From Octopus sinensis (taxonomy: Eukaryota), in contig NC_043005.1 of the NCBI RefSeq assembly GCF_006345805.1, positions 86,986,001 to 87,050,000 of the forward strand: DNA of 64,000 bases, given 5' to 3'. Below are positions 48,771 through 62,590 of this stretch, piece by piece; the stretch's first letter is position 1, and each line of letters opens with the position of its first letter. The notes beneath the pieces were generated by a model. The model made no database searches, was not told where the DNA came from, and saw nothing but the letters and a program-made list of their open reading frames with translations. The position numbers were made by a program, and so were the translations under genes.

Positions 48771-49679
48771 AAGTAATATAACAAAATATAACCTCTCACA
48801 TGCTTACCATAACAACCAACTTACTGTCTAGATAACAGGGTGCGGCAGAGTAACAAATTCTTTGCATTTAATAACTTTTACGGTATATAAATGCTTACTA
48901 AGTAATTTTCTTTTCATTGAACACAAAGGTATTGCATTACTTGAAGAAATGAATAATAAACTAATGAAAAGAGGCTCAGACAGAAACTAAAAACTGAAAT
49001 TTAATTGGAACAAGAAGGGTCAAATACAAAATTGTGTTACGTCTACAGAACCGTGTATATCATACCTCGCACAACACTGAGGAAAAATCCGCCGTCTAAT
49101 GTAATAACATAACGCAAATTGCTTCCATTTGTTCAGACGAAAGATGCAAAGCAGTAAAATGGCTCCGGTGAGAAAGAAAAACCGGTAAAAGGAAACTGCA
49201 AGACAAAGAGAAGCTGGCGTCGCGTGCAAACAAAAATTCTCACTGACACGAAAAACAACAACATCAGTGAACACTTACACACATACTGTGCTCATGGTTG
49301 GGAATCCGAAACTGACAATTGACTGTTGCACACACAAAAATAATAGTTTTCAAACGAAAAACAATAATATATATTGAACTTTATCTGATTGTCTGGAATA
49401 AAATATTAGGTGACAAAAAAGTAGATGAAAGATATTTGTTATTATTTGACACAAATTATACCTGTAGGATTGATTTCTCTACAGGCGTATCCATCATTTA
49501 TCTAAATGAATAAGAATATAAAAACAAAACAAAATGTTTTGCGAAATATTCAGAGGTGCTAAACAAAATTTTCTTAACACATATTATCAAGATGACCTAT
49601 ACAAAATACTGGAAAATATGTTAGAAGTGGGTAGGAACCTTATAGAAATCAATACGGTGAATAGATAATATGCAATATT

Positions 49680-49711
<32 letters not shown>

Positions 49712-49745
49712 ATATAATTATCTAATTATATATATATACACATAA

Positions 49746-49826
<81 letters not shown>

Positions 49827-50034
49827 TATATATATACATATGAATATACAGGCATATGAGTAAATGAATATTTACAGAATTTACAGACACACGTATATAT
49901 AAATGTCCATATATATTATATATTTTATATATATATATATGTATACATATATATATATATATGTATATCAATTTTTTGCGTAATAGGATAAACAACCAAG
50001 GCTGTGTAGACATTAGTGCATTTATAGATAGAAG

Positions 50035-50086
50035 GTCTTACAGCTGTTTCTAGGATATTTATTAATAATATCCCATCATCGGAGAC
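50035..50086 (-). ncRNA. Type I hammerhead, U4C core variant
   Basis: GUCU-CCGAUGA-UGGGAUAUU..AAUAUCCUA-GAAAC-AGCU-GUA/AGAC. Confidence 0.7.
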
Positions 50087-50620
50087 GGTGTGAGAGGATA
50101 GTTAAGTCATAGTTGGTTAATACCAAAAGAGAGTGAGGTGGAGGAAAGAAAATAGATGCAAGATATGTATGGGTATTGAAGTTGTAAATCCATTTATTAG
50201 GCATAATGGTATACATGCAATATTCCAATATCCTATGAGTAAAGTCCAATAGCGGTACGTAAGCTTATTTTTGAAGCATCCAAAGTGGCAAGACTATATA
50301 TATATAGTGGTATGTAAGCTTATTTTTCAAGCATCCAAAACGGCAAGACCCCTTTGTCACAAAAATTGATTACTTCAAAATGTCCCTATCCATAAAATAT
50401 GTATATATCTTTTTTTAAATTTCGTTATAAAAAGATATTAATCTACGTGAAAGGAAGGTATTTCTCAGCCACTTTTTATGTCTTCCACATATTTGTAACT
50501 CATAATTTTTCCACATGCTGTATACTGAATCTCCAGGATTTTTGCTCCTTTTATATATTTTTATATTTCTATATATACATATATGTATTTATTTATCTAT
50601 GTCTATCTATCTATCCATCC

Positions 50621-50691
<71 letters not shown>

Positions 50692-50823
50692 GATAGATAG
50701 ATAGATAGATATAGATATATAAATATATAGATAGATAGATAGACAGACAGACATATAGATAGATATATAGATAGATAGATATGTATGTAACTATATATAT
50801 GTATGTATATATATACATTTATA

Positions 50824-53800
50824 TCTCTCTATATATAAACGGCAGTTTGTCTGTGCGTGCTTCTGTGTGTCTGTTTTCTCGTACCCTCACCCTGACCACG
50901 GCTTTCAACCGATTCTGATGAAACTTGACACACACATAGCCCAATGTCATAATTCAAAACTAACGAAGCGAAAATTTTGAAAAGTTCCCCCAGTTCTGAA
51001 AAAAATTGATAAATTCGACATGGGGTCGAGAATCATAAACATGAACCACAGACTGTCTAGGGGACGCAACTCGAGAATCTAAGCTTTTTTTATGCAACGC
51101 ATTATCTATGGTAGTTTTCACAACTTGCAATCGATTTTCACCAAACTCATGGTGAAGCTTAATGTTACCCTAAGAAACTCAATTCTGACGTTAGTTTTCC
51201 ATGCAATACCTTACCATCAGAAACAATCGATAAAATCATGCCATTTTGGGAAATCGCGTTCAAATTCAAGATGACATATTTTCGACAATATCTTTCACAA
51301 ATTGGCAGGAATCTTTTTTTTTTTCACAACGAGCATCATGTCTGCTCCAAGGAACTATATAGCCCTTTTTATTCCAATAGGATACATTATTGGAAAAAAT
51401 CGGTTAATTTAATCATATGTGGCACACATAGCAAACAAATTTGTGTATTAAACACAAACCAAACTGTCTAGGGGACGCAACTTGACCTTTTTAGCTATCG
51501 ATAATTCGATCCAACCAATTCCTACCAGGAAGAAATTACATTCGAGACTTTACCCCCAACACCGCCACTTCTGCTAATAGCTGCTGCAGCCGCAAGTTAT
51601 TCGAATACTTTTTGGGTTTAAACTTTCTTTATAACTACCACCCCAAACGTTTTACCTTCAGCCAAAACATGCGGGCTTCTTACTGTGCTTCCATCCGCAG
51701 AGCTCGCGAGAACCCCGAACAAAGGGCCATTTGGAATGCGGCTAACGCCACTAGCACTGCCAGGACACGATCTGTCGAAACCTCACAGCAGAGGAGAACT
51801 CGCCAAGATGCTGACGCCGCAAACAAAGCCATGGCCAAAGCTGCCGAAACACCTCAACAGAGGAGAGATCGCCAAGCTGCTAACGCCGCAAACACAGCCA
51901 GGGCTCGATCTGCCGAAACTCCACACCAACGGACTATTCGGACATCCAGACATGCTATTAACACTGCTTCTGCTAGGGCTTCAGAGGGTGCTGAGGCGAG
52001 AGCTGAAAGGCTTTCAAGGGATGCCACTGCTACCGCTGTCACACGTGCATCTGAATCTGCTGAGGCACGGTGCACTCGACTTGAGAGTATCAACAAACGT
52101 CGGGATATCATTCGTGGTGTACGTACCCCTGCCCCCGCTTTCTGGTTGTCACTAGCATTCAACTACGACGCCACAATTAACTTCTCCTTGCGTGACGACA
52201 TCAAGAGAGGGTCAATGACAATTGTATGCCAGTTTTGCAAAGCCAAGAAATGGCCCGGAGAGCCACCTGGTTTGTGCTGCTCTGGTGGCAAAGTGGACCT
52301 GCCACCCCTACGGGAACCACCTCAACCACTGAAGGATCTCGCGGCGGGTTTAACCCCTGATTCGTCACAATTCCTTGAAATAATTCGAAAGTACAACTGC
52401 TCATTCCAAATGACGTCTTTCGGGGCCAAAATTCCTCCCAGAGAAGGCTGGATGCCTACTTTCAAAGTGCAGGGACAGGTCTACCATCTTATTGGGTCAC
52501 TTCTGCCAGACGAGATTCAGCAGTCTTCTTTCCTCCAAATATACTTCATTGCCGACTACAACCACCAGGTTGATGCACGCCTTGGAATAATACCGGGTAC
52601 AAGCTATGTTCCCCGCAAAGACATTCTTCTCCGTCTCCAAACCATGCTTCATGATATCAACAGCTACGTCTGCAGCTTCAGATATGCCTTGGACAGTGCT
52701 CCTTCTCCAAACTTCACCGTTGTCATTGATGCTGATAAACGACCCCACGGGGAGCACGAACGCCGTTTCAACGCACCTGCGTGCAACGAAATTGCCGCAG
52801 TTATACACGGAGAGCAACACAACAGCCGTGACATAATCATCTCCTCCCGTGGTAACAACCTACACAGGATCAGCGAGACTCACAGATCTTATGACGCGCT
52901 TCAGTATCCATTGCTTTTCCCTTATGGGGAAGACGGCTACCACTTCGGAATTCCTTTACGGCAGCCCTCCAATCAAACTACTGCGGCATCAAAGACGGTT
53001 TCCTGCAGGGCGTTCTACTCATACCGGTTCATGGTCAGGGAGGGTGAGTTCAACTTATTGCCCCGTTGTCGTCAGCTATTCAACCAGTTCGCCGTCGACA
53101 TGGCCGCAAAAATGGAATCGGAAAGGCTGCTATACATTAAACTTCATCAGACCAAACTTCGCTCCGACTCCTACATTCATCTCCGTGACGGTTTGCAACA
53201 AGAAAATGACCCTCGCAACATCGGCAAGCCATGCATTCTACCCTCCACCTTCACGGGAGGACCGCGATGTATGCGTGAAAGGACCCAAGACGCCTTGACC
53301 TACGTGCGCATTTACGGCCGGCCGGACCTCTTTATCACCTACACGTGCAATCCCAGCTGCGACGAAATCACTCGCGAAATCCTCCCGGGTCAATCTCACA
53401 CCCATCGACACGACATCGTTGCTAGGGTTTTCCGTCTGAATTTGGGCAAAATGAAGGATTTGATAGTTAAGGGTCAGATTTTCGGGCATGTCAGGTGCCA
53501 CATGTTTTCGGTCGAGTGGCAAAAGAGGGGCTTGCCACATGCTCACATCTTAATTTTGGCTCACTCATAAAATCGAGACTAATGACATTGACAAATTCAT
53601 TTCCGCCGAGATTCCTGACCCCGATGAGGACCCCGGACTCTACGAAATTGTCCGCACTACCATGGTACACGGGCCCTGTGGACCAAATTACGCCAACACA
53701 CCATGCTACAGAAACGGATTAGCCTGCTCAAAGGGATTCCCTAAACGGTTCACTTTGGAGACTCAAACAGGCGGCGATGGGTATCCGCTGTACAAACGAA

Positions 53801-56417
53801 GGAGTCCAGCCAATGGAGGCCGCACGATTACGGTTGGGCGACATCAAGTGGACAACAGCTACATTGTCCCCTACTGTCCTCTCCTGTCGAAGATATTCAA
53901 AGCCCACGTCAACGTTGAGTTCTGCAGCTCCATCAGGTCAATACAATATGTCTGCAAATATATCAACAAAGGCAGCGATGCTGCCATGTTCAGCATCCAC
54001 AGGACCACCAGTCGCGACGAAGTGTCCAACTACTTGGCTGGCCGGTACCTCAGCAGCAACGAAGCGTTTTGGCGCATTTACGGCTTCCCGCTCCATCAGA
54101 GACACCCGGCTGTGGTGCAGCTTGCTGTACACTTGGAAAATGGACAGCGGATTTACTTCACAGAGCAAAGTGCTGTGCAGATAGCCACCAGCCCTAAAGG
54201 CACAACGTTGACTGGTTTCTTCAAATTATGCCAACGTGATGACTTCGCTCGAACGCTTTTGTACCCACAGGTCCCATCGTACTTCGTGTGGTCTAAAAAC
54301 ATCTGGGTTCGACGGAAATCCGGCAAAAACGTCGAAAGCTTCCCAGGCGTCAAGTTTGACTCCTGCCTGGGTCGAGTTTACAACATCCCGCCAAACCAGC
54401 AAGAATGCTTCTACCTCCGTCTCTTTCTACATGAGGTCACTGGTCCAACAGGTTTCGCCAATATACGTACCGTCAATGGGGTTCTGTGCGACACCTTCAG
54501 GGAAGCATGTATGAGACTTGGCCTTCTAGAGGATGACTCCCAGTGGGACGCCACGATGGCAGAGGGTGCTTTACTGCAAACGCATTCGGCCCTACGACAT
54601 CTTTTCGCAATCCTTCTTCAAAAATGTCAGCTTAGTCATCCACTAAGTCTCTGGATGAAATACAGGGATGACATGTCGCACGACTTCTTACGTACGGCTC
54701 AGCAACACTGCCCTTCCGCCGAGATCACGTTCACCAACTTCATTTACAATTTTGCGCTCATTCAACTCGAAGACGCTGTCATCGATATGGGTGGGTCTGC
54801 TTTAACAGAGTACGGCCTTCCACCACCCACACGTGAACACGCCAATGTTATGTCTGCTGAATTGTTACGCGAAACTTCCTACTGCATTGAGGAACTGCAC
54901 CAGTACGTCCAAGATAATGAACCACGGCTGCTTCCAGACCAGCGCATAGCCTACAACACCATCGTAGACTCTGTCAGACAGCAACGTGGGGGGATTTTCT
55001 TCCTTGATGCACCCGGCGGCACAGGCAAAACCTTCGTCACTAAACTAATTCTGGCAGAGGTCAGACGCAACACGGACATTGCCCTGGCTGTAGCTTCCTC
55101 TGGTATCGCGGCCACGTTGCTTCCGGGTGGCAGAACCGCCCACTCTGCCTTCAGACTCCCGCTCGATCTGGCAAAGTCCGAGTCACCTATCTGCAACATC
55201 GCCAAGAACTCAGAACAGGCCGACATTCTTCGCAGATGCAAACTCATCGTATGGGACGAGTGCACTATGGCACACAAAGGCGCCCTTGAGGCACTGGACA
55301 GGTCCCTGCAAGACATCAGAGACTCTACGGCCCCCATGGGAGGATTAACTTTACTTCTTTCAGGAGACTTCAGGCAGACTCTACCTGTTATTCCAAAAGG
55401 AACCCGTGCCGATGCCGTGCGCGCGTGCCTTAAGTCGTCAGCTCTTTGGGCACATGTGCGGCCCTTGCACCTCCAAACTAACATGCGCGCGCAGTTAATT
55501 GGTGACAGCGGATCCGCTGCATTCTCCAGGGACCTCTTATCGCTCGGTGAAAATAGGATGCTGTCTGATGCGGATGGCTACGTTCAATTGGACTCACTTT
55601 GCACCATTGTCGACACCCCTGCTAGCCTCCGGGACGCTGTCTTCCACGACCTACAAAACAATTTACGCGACATAAAATGGCTGGCAGGCAGAGCTATTCT
55701 CGCACCCAAAAATACAACCGTCAACTCCATCAATATCCAGCTACTTGAAGCTATTCCTGGTGATGTCCACGTCTACAAATCTATAGATAGGACAGCAGAC
55801 CCCGCCCAGCTTGCCGATTATCCTGTTGAATTCCTGAATTCACTTGAACCGCCAGGCCTGCCACCACACATCCTGAAGTTAAAAGTCGGTGCGCCCATTA
55901 TGCTCATCAGGAATTTGGTTCCATCTAAACAGTGCAACGGCACACGTTTGGTTGTGAAACACTTGGCACCACATTTAATAACGGCCACAATACTTACCGG
56001 TTGTGGGAAGGGAGAGGACGTCTTCATTCCACGGATGCACCTTCAACCGTCGGGCGCTGACCTACCAATCCACTTCAGGCGTTCTCAGTTTCCTGTTAAA
56101 CTCTGCTTTGCAATGTCCATCAATAAATCCCAAGGCCAAACGCTACAAGTCGCTGGGTTACATTTGGGCGAACAGTGCTTCGCCCACGGTCAACTCTACG
56201 TGGGCTGTTCACGCGTTGGGAGGCGCAATGATGTTTTCATGTTTTCGCCCAAACGGACAGCTAGGAACATCGTATATACAGAAGTATTCCAGTGAAGACA
56301 AGACATTGCAACGTCCACATGCACCTTCGTTCCCTGGAGGGAAAGGACTACATTGGAATTAGTCGTTGCCTACTAGGGGCTCTTACATACCCGGGCAACG
56401 CCGGGCTATGCTGCTAG
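50824..56417 (+). mobile_element. Full-length Helitron
   Basis: 5' A|TCTCTCTATATATAAA; 3' hairpin CCCGG gcaacg CCGGG (56390-56405), 8 nt, CTAG|T; RepHel ORF; no TSD. Confidence 0.93.
51669..56295 (+). CDS. RepHel (STPR-like repeats, HUH Rep, PIF1 helicase), ~1540 aa if the extra T at 53554-53557 is removed
   Basis: FITYTCNP, VEWQKRGLPHAHIL, YVCKYINKG; GGTGKT, WDEC, GDFRQ, FAMSINKSQGQT, HGQLYVGCSRV. Removing one T gives ILIWLTHKIETNDIDKFISAEIPDP, in frame with MVHGPC. Confidence 0.92.
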
Positions 56418-57100
56418 TGTATATATATATGTATGTATATACATACATATATGGTTAATATTATATTCATATTCTCGAATTTGATAGACATATATCGCTT
56501 CGTAACCCGACTCAATAAACCTCTAGTGAGACTTTTTATTGTTGTACCCGCCTTACACACCATCATCCCTACATCCAGACGCACACCCACACAAGCACAT
56601 AATACCTGAACACAGGCTATATAAGCATACCTACGCGACACGCGTTAACACATGCAACATGCATAGACAAAGATAACTTTCACCCTCATATATACACCAT
56701 ACACATGCACACCGCTTGGTCACAGAAACACATACACACGCACACACGTGTGTACAAACCACGGGAGAACATACATCAACTGAAACACACAACGCGCACA
56801 CACATTACATACGCACATATTCACACACGTCAGAGTAACTCACTTCTCTTCATACACGCACACACACACTTACACGCTCACAAACATCGTTCGCATATAC
56901 ACACATACCCACATGCACCATGTCTTGTTGGGATCATTAGCACTTTATTATCTCCCTTTCTTTCACCTCTCTTTTAAAAGTTTTTACGTCCCTTTCTTTC
57001 AGTGTGTCTTTTTTTCCAATCATACATTTTTCAAAAATACAATCAGCGATGTTGGACTTCTGAAAGTTGTTTTTCATTCTCTCTGTTTATTTACTCTTAT

Positions 57101-57139
57101 TCCTTTCTGTTGAAGAGCGTAGGCTCGAAACGTAAAGGA
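57101..57139 (+). ncRNA. Hammerhead-like variant (U-CUGUUGA-A core)
   Basis: TCCTT-t-CTGTTGA-a-GAGC gtag GCTC-GAAACGTA/AAGGA. Confidence 0.5.
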
Positions 57140-57225
57140 CTGTTTCATTTTTTGCAAGCGTCAAACTATTACACTTGTTTGTTGTTTATAAACCGGTCTT
57201 CATCTTTTGTCTTTAGTATAATTTT

Positions 57226-57298
<73 letters not shown>

Positions 57299-59211
57299 TA
57301 TGCATATTCTTTTATAAACATTGGTCCAAAAGTTGTGGCCATTGCTAGGAATCCACCAGGGCCTGTGGGCAGGTTGCCAATCATGAAATTTAGTTATATA
57401 TTTATCTTAATGAAGCTATATTCGCTTTAATGTGAAGCTCCTAGGTTTTTCTTGAATAGGCCTGTTTCGCGTGAAGAAGGAAATTGTTGCCCAGTAAGTT
57501 TATAAGTGTCTAGTTTCTAATGAAAAGGGCTACAGACAATTATCCAGTATTAAGAATGCATTTCATCGTTTAATCGTCTAAATAATATAAATATGAGTGC
57601 AGTAAATGAGGCAGGACACAGGGTTAAGTAAATACCTTTATTTAATTGTGTATACTTGACATTGTTTCAAGCTTAGACTACTTTGAAATATAAATATAAA
57701 AATATATGTGCCAGCTAAAATATTTTCGCTGCCGTATCAATGGCATTAACGATGAAAACATAATTTCATACAATTTATTGTAAAAAAGAAAATGATATTT
57801 AGCCGCTGCAGTTTCTTTCACAAGCATCCACAAAACTTTCCTCCTCCAATTGATATTCACATTTATGTCACACTTAGCTCTACATTATTCAAGTATTGAG
57901 CAAAAGCTATCAATTTGCAGATGATACCAGTGGGGAGGGAATTGACCAAATTAAGCAATGAAATGAAATATCATAGATTGTAAATGAGCGGCAGCGATAC
58001 ACGAAGCGAAATGTATGAAGGAGAAACAGAAAGACATATACAAAGCAAGGGAGGGGGTAAAGAGAAAGGGGGAAAAGGCCACGAGAGAGCGAAAAGAATG
58101 TGTCTATCTAATTATTAGAGACGCGTCTTCTCTCTTATCAACTCAGATGGCTTAATGAAACAATAATGTGTGAAATTATCTATCAACATGGATAGAAGGT
58201 TAATTTTGGGACATATAAATTCATTGACAACATATTGTACTACACACACGCTGCAGCGCTCAACATGTACATAAACTTATCAACGGCAAAGTCTTATCAG
58301 CACATCATCCGAATTTCGTTTTAGCAACATATGCTTCAAATTCAACACACCATTATTTTGTGAAATATGGTTTAATGTTTGTGAAGAATCGTTAAAGGTG
58401 GTTTACTCAAGAATAGAATTTTCCAATATTTTTCCCTCGATTTCGGAATATTTCAAAAGAAAGTGTTCTGAATGTTTCCTTTTATGGCATTCCATAAATC
58501 TTTTCGATGACCGTTGTTTTAACTGAACGTAAAGGCTTAACGGTGTGTATTTAATTTTATTACAAACACATTAAGAATGATTTTTCGGAGAAAATAATGT
58601 TTAAAATATTCTTCATATCAGAAAAAATGGTTAGATCTTACGATGTCGTTTTAATCGAAATCTGTTCACCACTAAATACAAATTATTAACAGAAAATCCA
58701 CAAATTAAAAATTGAATCTGATTAAAATATGATCCAAACCACCATCATATTACACAGTTTTTTTTTACTAGTTTACTGTATTTTTCTTAATCGATAATGC
58801 GTATGAGTGAAAGATGACTCTATGATCTGATCAATACTAAAGCTCAAATCTTCTCCAAGGAATCGTCACAATCGTCGCAAAGATAATGTCTTTGATCAGA
58901 AACCAGATACTTCGAAGTTGGTGTAGGCCTAACGTATACCGACAGGAATGATGGTCACATTTACACAACGCCATAAAATACCCCATTTTAGTACAGTACT
59001 GAGAAATATTTTTTTATGAAGCATAGAAAAGGGCTTATTGAAGAATAGAATTTTCCAAATTGTCTTCTAAGTTCCAAAATATTTATGTCTATGCAAAATA
59101 TTAAATTCCGTGAAATACTTTCTTTTATGGCATTCCATAAACTTCTTCGATGAGCATTGTTTTTACAGAACGTAAAGGTTCACTAGTGTCTATTCAATTT
59201 TATTGCATATA

Positions 59212-59460
59212 TTTAGTTGGCAACAACATTCGCTCGGGTTTTGCTTTTTTCGATTACTTTAAATGTATTTTTCCAGTGTTATTTAAAATGAACTCGAATT
59301 AATATGAAATATATTTTTATCGCAATGTTTTGTTTATTTATTTTTGTTTTGTTTTGTAGTTCTGTTGTTCCTCTACAACGATTATTAATCGCTTTTGAAA
59401 TGGAATAAATTTTACCTCTTTTCAGATATATGACAATGGAGTGCCAAGTAGAAAAGGGAA
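59212..59460 (+). mobile_element. 5' fragment of a mariner (TIR, 5' UTR, start codon)
   Basis: tttagttggcaac TIR-like end; ATG at 59436 gives MECQVEK. Confidence 0.65.
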
Positions 59461-62429
59461 AAAAAACTTAAGGAATTTATTTTTCTTCCCTATGCTTTAT
59501 GTATGGTTCCCAAAGAAAATGGCATAAAAATTATCCTACATATAAAAAACAATGTTTGTATCGTATGGGATCATAACTCATACGAGTAATTCATATTTTG
59601 TACGTAATGAAACATTAATAGAAATTGGTTATACCTTGGAACAATAGTTTTCTGAAAGCTTTTATACTTTAATGTCCTCCTACAGATTTACTGATTTCTT
59701 CCCGCTTGTTCAGTAGAGGCTTCGGTGCTGACAAATTCAATCTCCTTATTCTCCCAAATCGATCCCACTAGTTTTCGAAAACCCGTCATAGTTAAAGGGC
59801 CTCCACTACTCCTTTTAATGGAGATAATTATCACATTTTCAAGAAACATCATTTACATCATTAACTGAATATAAATAATTTATTAATATTAAAAAAATCG
59901 ATTGTGAAGAGACGAGAGGAGAAATTCATAAAGGGGTATATCTAAATGCTATGAAGTATTCATTGTTGAACGCTGTGATTGGTGTTAAATGAAGAAAACA
60001 GCTGCGATCTAATAACCAGATAAATAGAACAATACTTAGTGACTGGCTTAAAGGTATATGTTACTAATATATTGGTAATGAAAATTCGAGAATTTCTATG
60101 ACTAAATTCCAACCAATAAATCAAGTTGAACATAGATGAGCATCGAACGAGTGAGGGAGTATCGACGTGCTCACGCAAGCTGCTAGAAATCACAATCGAC
60201 TCTCATTTTCTTAGAAAGATCGAAGGACATATTGGATAATTGGATAGTAAAATACGAGACAAACTAGGCTTGAAAATAATTGATGGCCATAGCTAAAGTT
60301 ACTTTAAGCATATATCAGCCGTATGAAGGCAGACCTGGGGTTAAAAAACTGAAACACACAGAAAAAATAAACACAGCAGCGATTGAATGAAGTCTTCTCT
60401 TCCAAAGTACATTCGTACTCACCGACTGTGACCTTATTTACCCAGTTATTTAGGTATTATTGTTAGGCTTTCGCAATAACAAAATTCTATATACTCTAGA
60501 TTTCCGCTACAATATATAATAATGGCATACTTATATATTAAAGCGCCAGATGGTCTGAAAGCAAGTATAAAACTCTATTATAAGCTAGTCATATACTAGC
60601 TAACCCACTTGATCGTATTATAATATTAGATCTCCTAAACGAAGTAATTATGATAAAAGAATATGATAAATTACAAGTGCAATGCCTGCTGGCTAATATT
60701 GGCAAATTTTATTGATTCCACACCAAAAGGACAGCATGATATTTCCTGAATGTTATTGCAAAACATCAAAGTATAATCAATGAAGGGGAATTGTGAAGCA
60801 TGTGCAGCTATTTCATTTGATGAATCTGACTATGTTATATATATTTAATTAGTTACTCATAATCCTATCAAAGCAAGCGAGTGGAAGCATAAGAAAAGTA
60901 AATATTATTATTAGAATATTATCACATTAAAATAGCAGTTTAATCGAAATACATTCTATAATATATATATATATATATATATATACCTATGTGTAGAGAG
61001 AGAAAAAAGAGAAAGATGTATATTAACATATAATTTTATATATATACACACACACACTCACACATATATATATATACATATATGCACACACACATGCACA
61101 TATATATATATAGATGCATATACAGGCACACACAGGCACATATATGTGTGTATCGTAATTCATGTACAGAACATTCTACAATTGCTGAACAAGCCTGTTA
61201 ATAAAATTTTCATTTTCGCGTTTTTGTTACACAATTTTAATTGATTTTGAAATGAAATTCACCTTCTCAATTTTAAAGTTTATTAACAACCTATTACTAT
61301 CACTGAGTTTGCTCCTGTTTCAATATGGCGAAAATTCATCTCAATATCATATGACACAGTAAAAAAAAAAAGAAAAAAAGCTTTGAAATTTTCCTCTCTC
61401 GTATCTACATCTCCCATAATGAGATACATCATTTACATATTTTCGCTTTCTTTGCTTAATTTGATCACATGTGATTACTCTAAAGAAATAATTACTGTAG
61501 ATCTCGTGTGTGACTTGGGGGAGAACGATTCGTAGGTGTTATTGTTTTTTCCATTGCTTCTGTGTTTCTGCGCGTATATATATTTATATACTCATTTTGT
61601 TGTGCGTTTAGTCATGTGTTGGTGTGTGTGTGTGTGTGTGTGTGATGGTGGGATGATGTGATCAACGGTTTTTTTTGTCGGTGTATATATTTGAGTCTGT
61701 CTACAAACGAATCGTCTGAAAGATGTGACATCACTCTCAAATATGTGCTTTCATTTCCCTCCCATTCTAATTCATACTCTGTTTCAACTCTCTTTCTCTC
61801 TCTCTCTCTCTCTCTCTAATACACGCACTCACATACACACACACATAAACACACGCATACACACGGGTACACACACATATTTCTATATATACTTGTATGT
61901 ATGTATATGTATATACATATGTGTATATATATATACATATGTTTGCATGTATCTATGTATGTATATATGTATGTGTGCATGAATGTATACAGGGAATGCG
62001 AGGTGCCCACTAGGGCGCATTCTGTTTAGTTGAGTGCAGAGACATGTAACGAAATTTCAAATAATGTCTACACTCCAACAACATCTCCCTCTTTATTCCC
62101 AAAAAAAAAACAATCTTCTCAGCAGACAGAGAACCTTTAGAATAATAATGATAAATGGTAAAGTTTGGAAAAAATAATAAAATCAGCCATGTACAAATGA
62201 GCAAAAATACATTCTTTCAATGTAAATAATGAGAGCGAGAGAGGCAGTGCAAACAATAAACTTAAGTATATTTACATGTAGATATAGAGTAACAGAGAGC
62301 AGAAATGGAATGAACAGGACACGGCTAATCATGAAACCATGACTTCGACAAGCATAGCAGACTATTTATTAATATTAAGAAGAAAAAGTAGTAATGTTAG
62401 CAATATCATGAAGAGAGCACAATTAAATT

Positions 62430-62590
62430 GAGGTAATTTGAGAACGGAGCGGAGTGACCGACGTAACCGTAGAATACCTAAAGCAGAGAGTTTGCTGCGC
62501 CGGACATGTTGCAAGGTTCACAGATGACAGGTAATCCATGCCGTTGCCGAGTGGTAGCCAAGAGATCGGGAAAAAGTCATAGTTAAGTAA
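62430..62590 (+). mobile_element. RTE-clade LINE 3' ORF fragment
   Basis: RSGVTDV...AGHVARFTDDR*, resembling the RTE WAGHVAR..DNRW motif. Confidence 0.65.

Noticed and set aside
53550-53570. Programmed ribosomal frameshift in RepHel
   Set aside because: No slippery heptamer, and RepHel is normally a single ORF; an indel or sequencing error is simpler.
51612-56295. Bacterial or viral contamination (GC-rich long ORFs)
   Set aside because: Helitron RepHel motifs and termini, embedded in host microsatellites.
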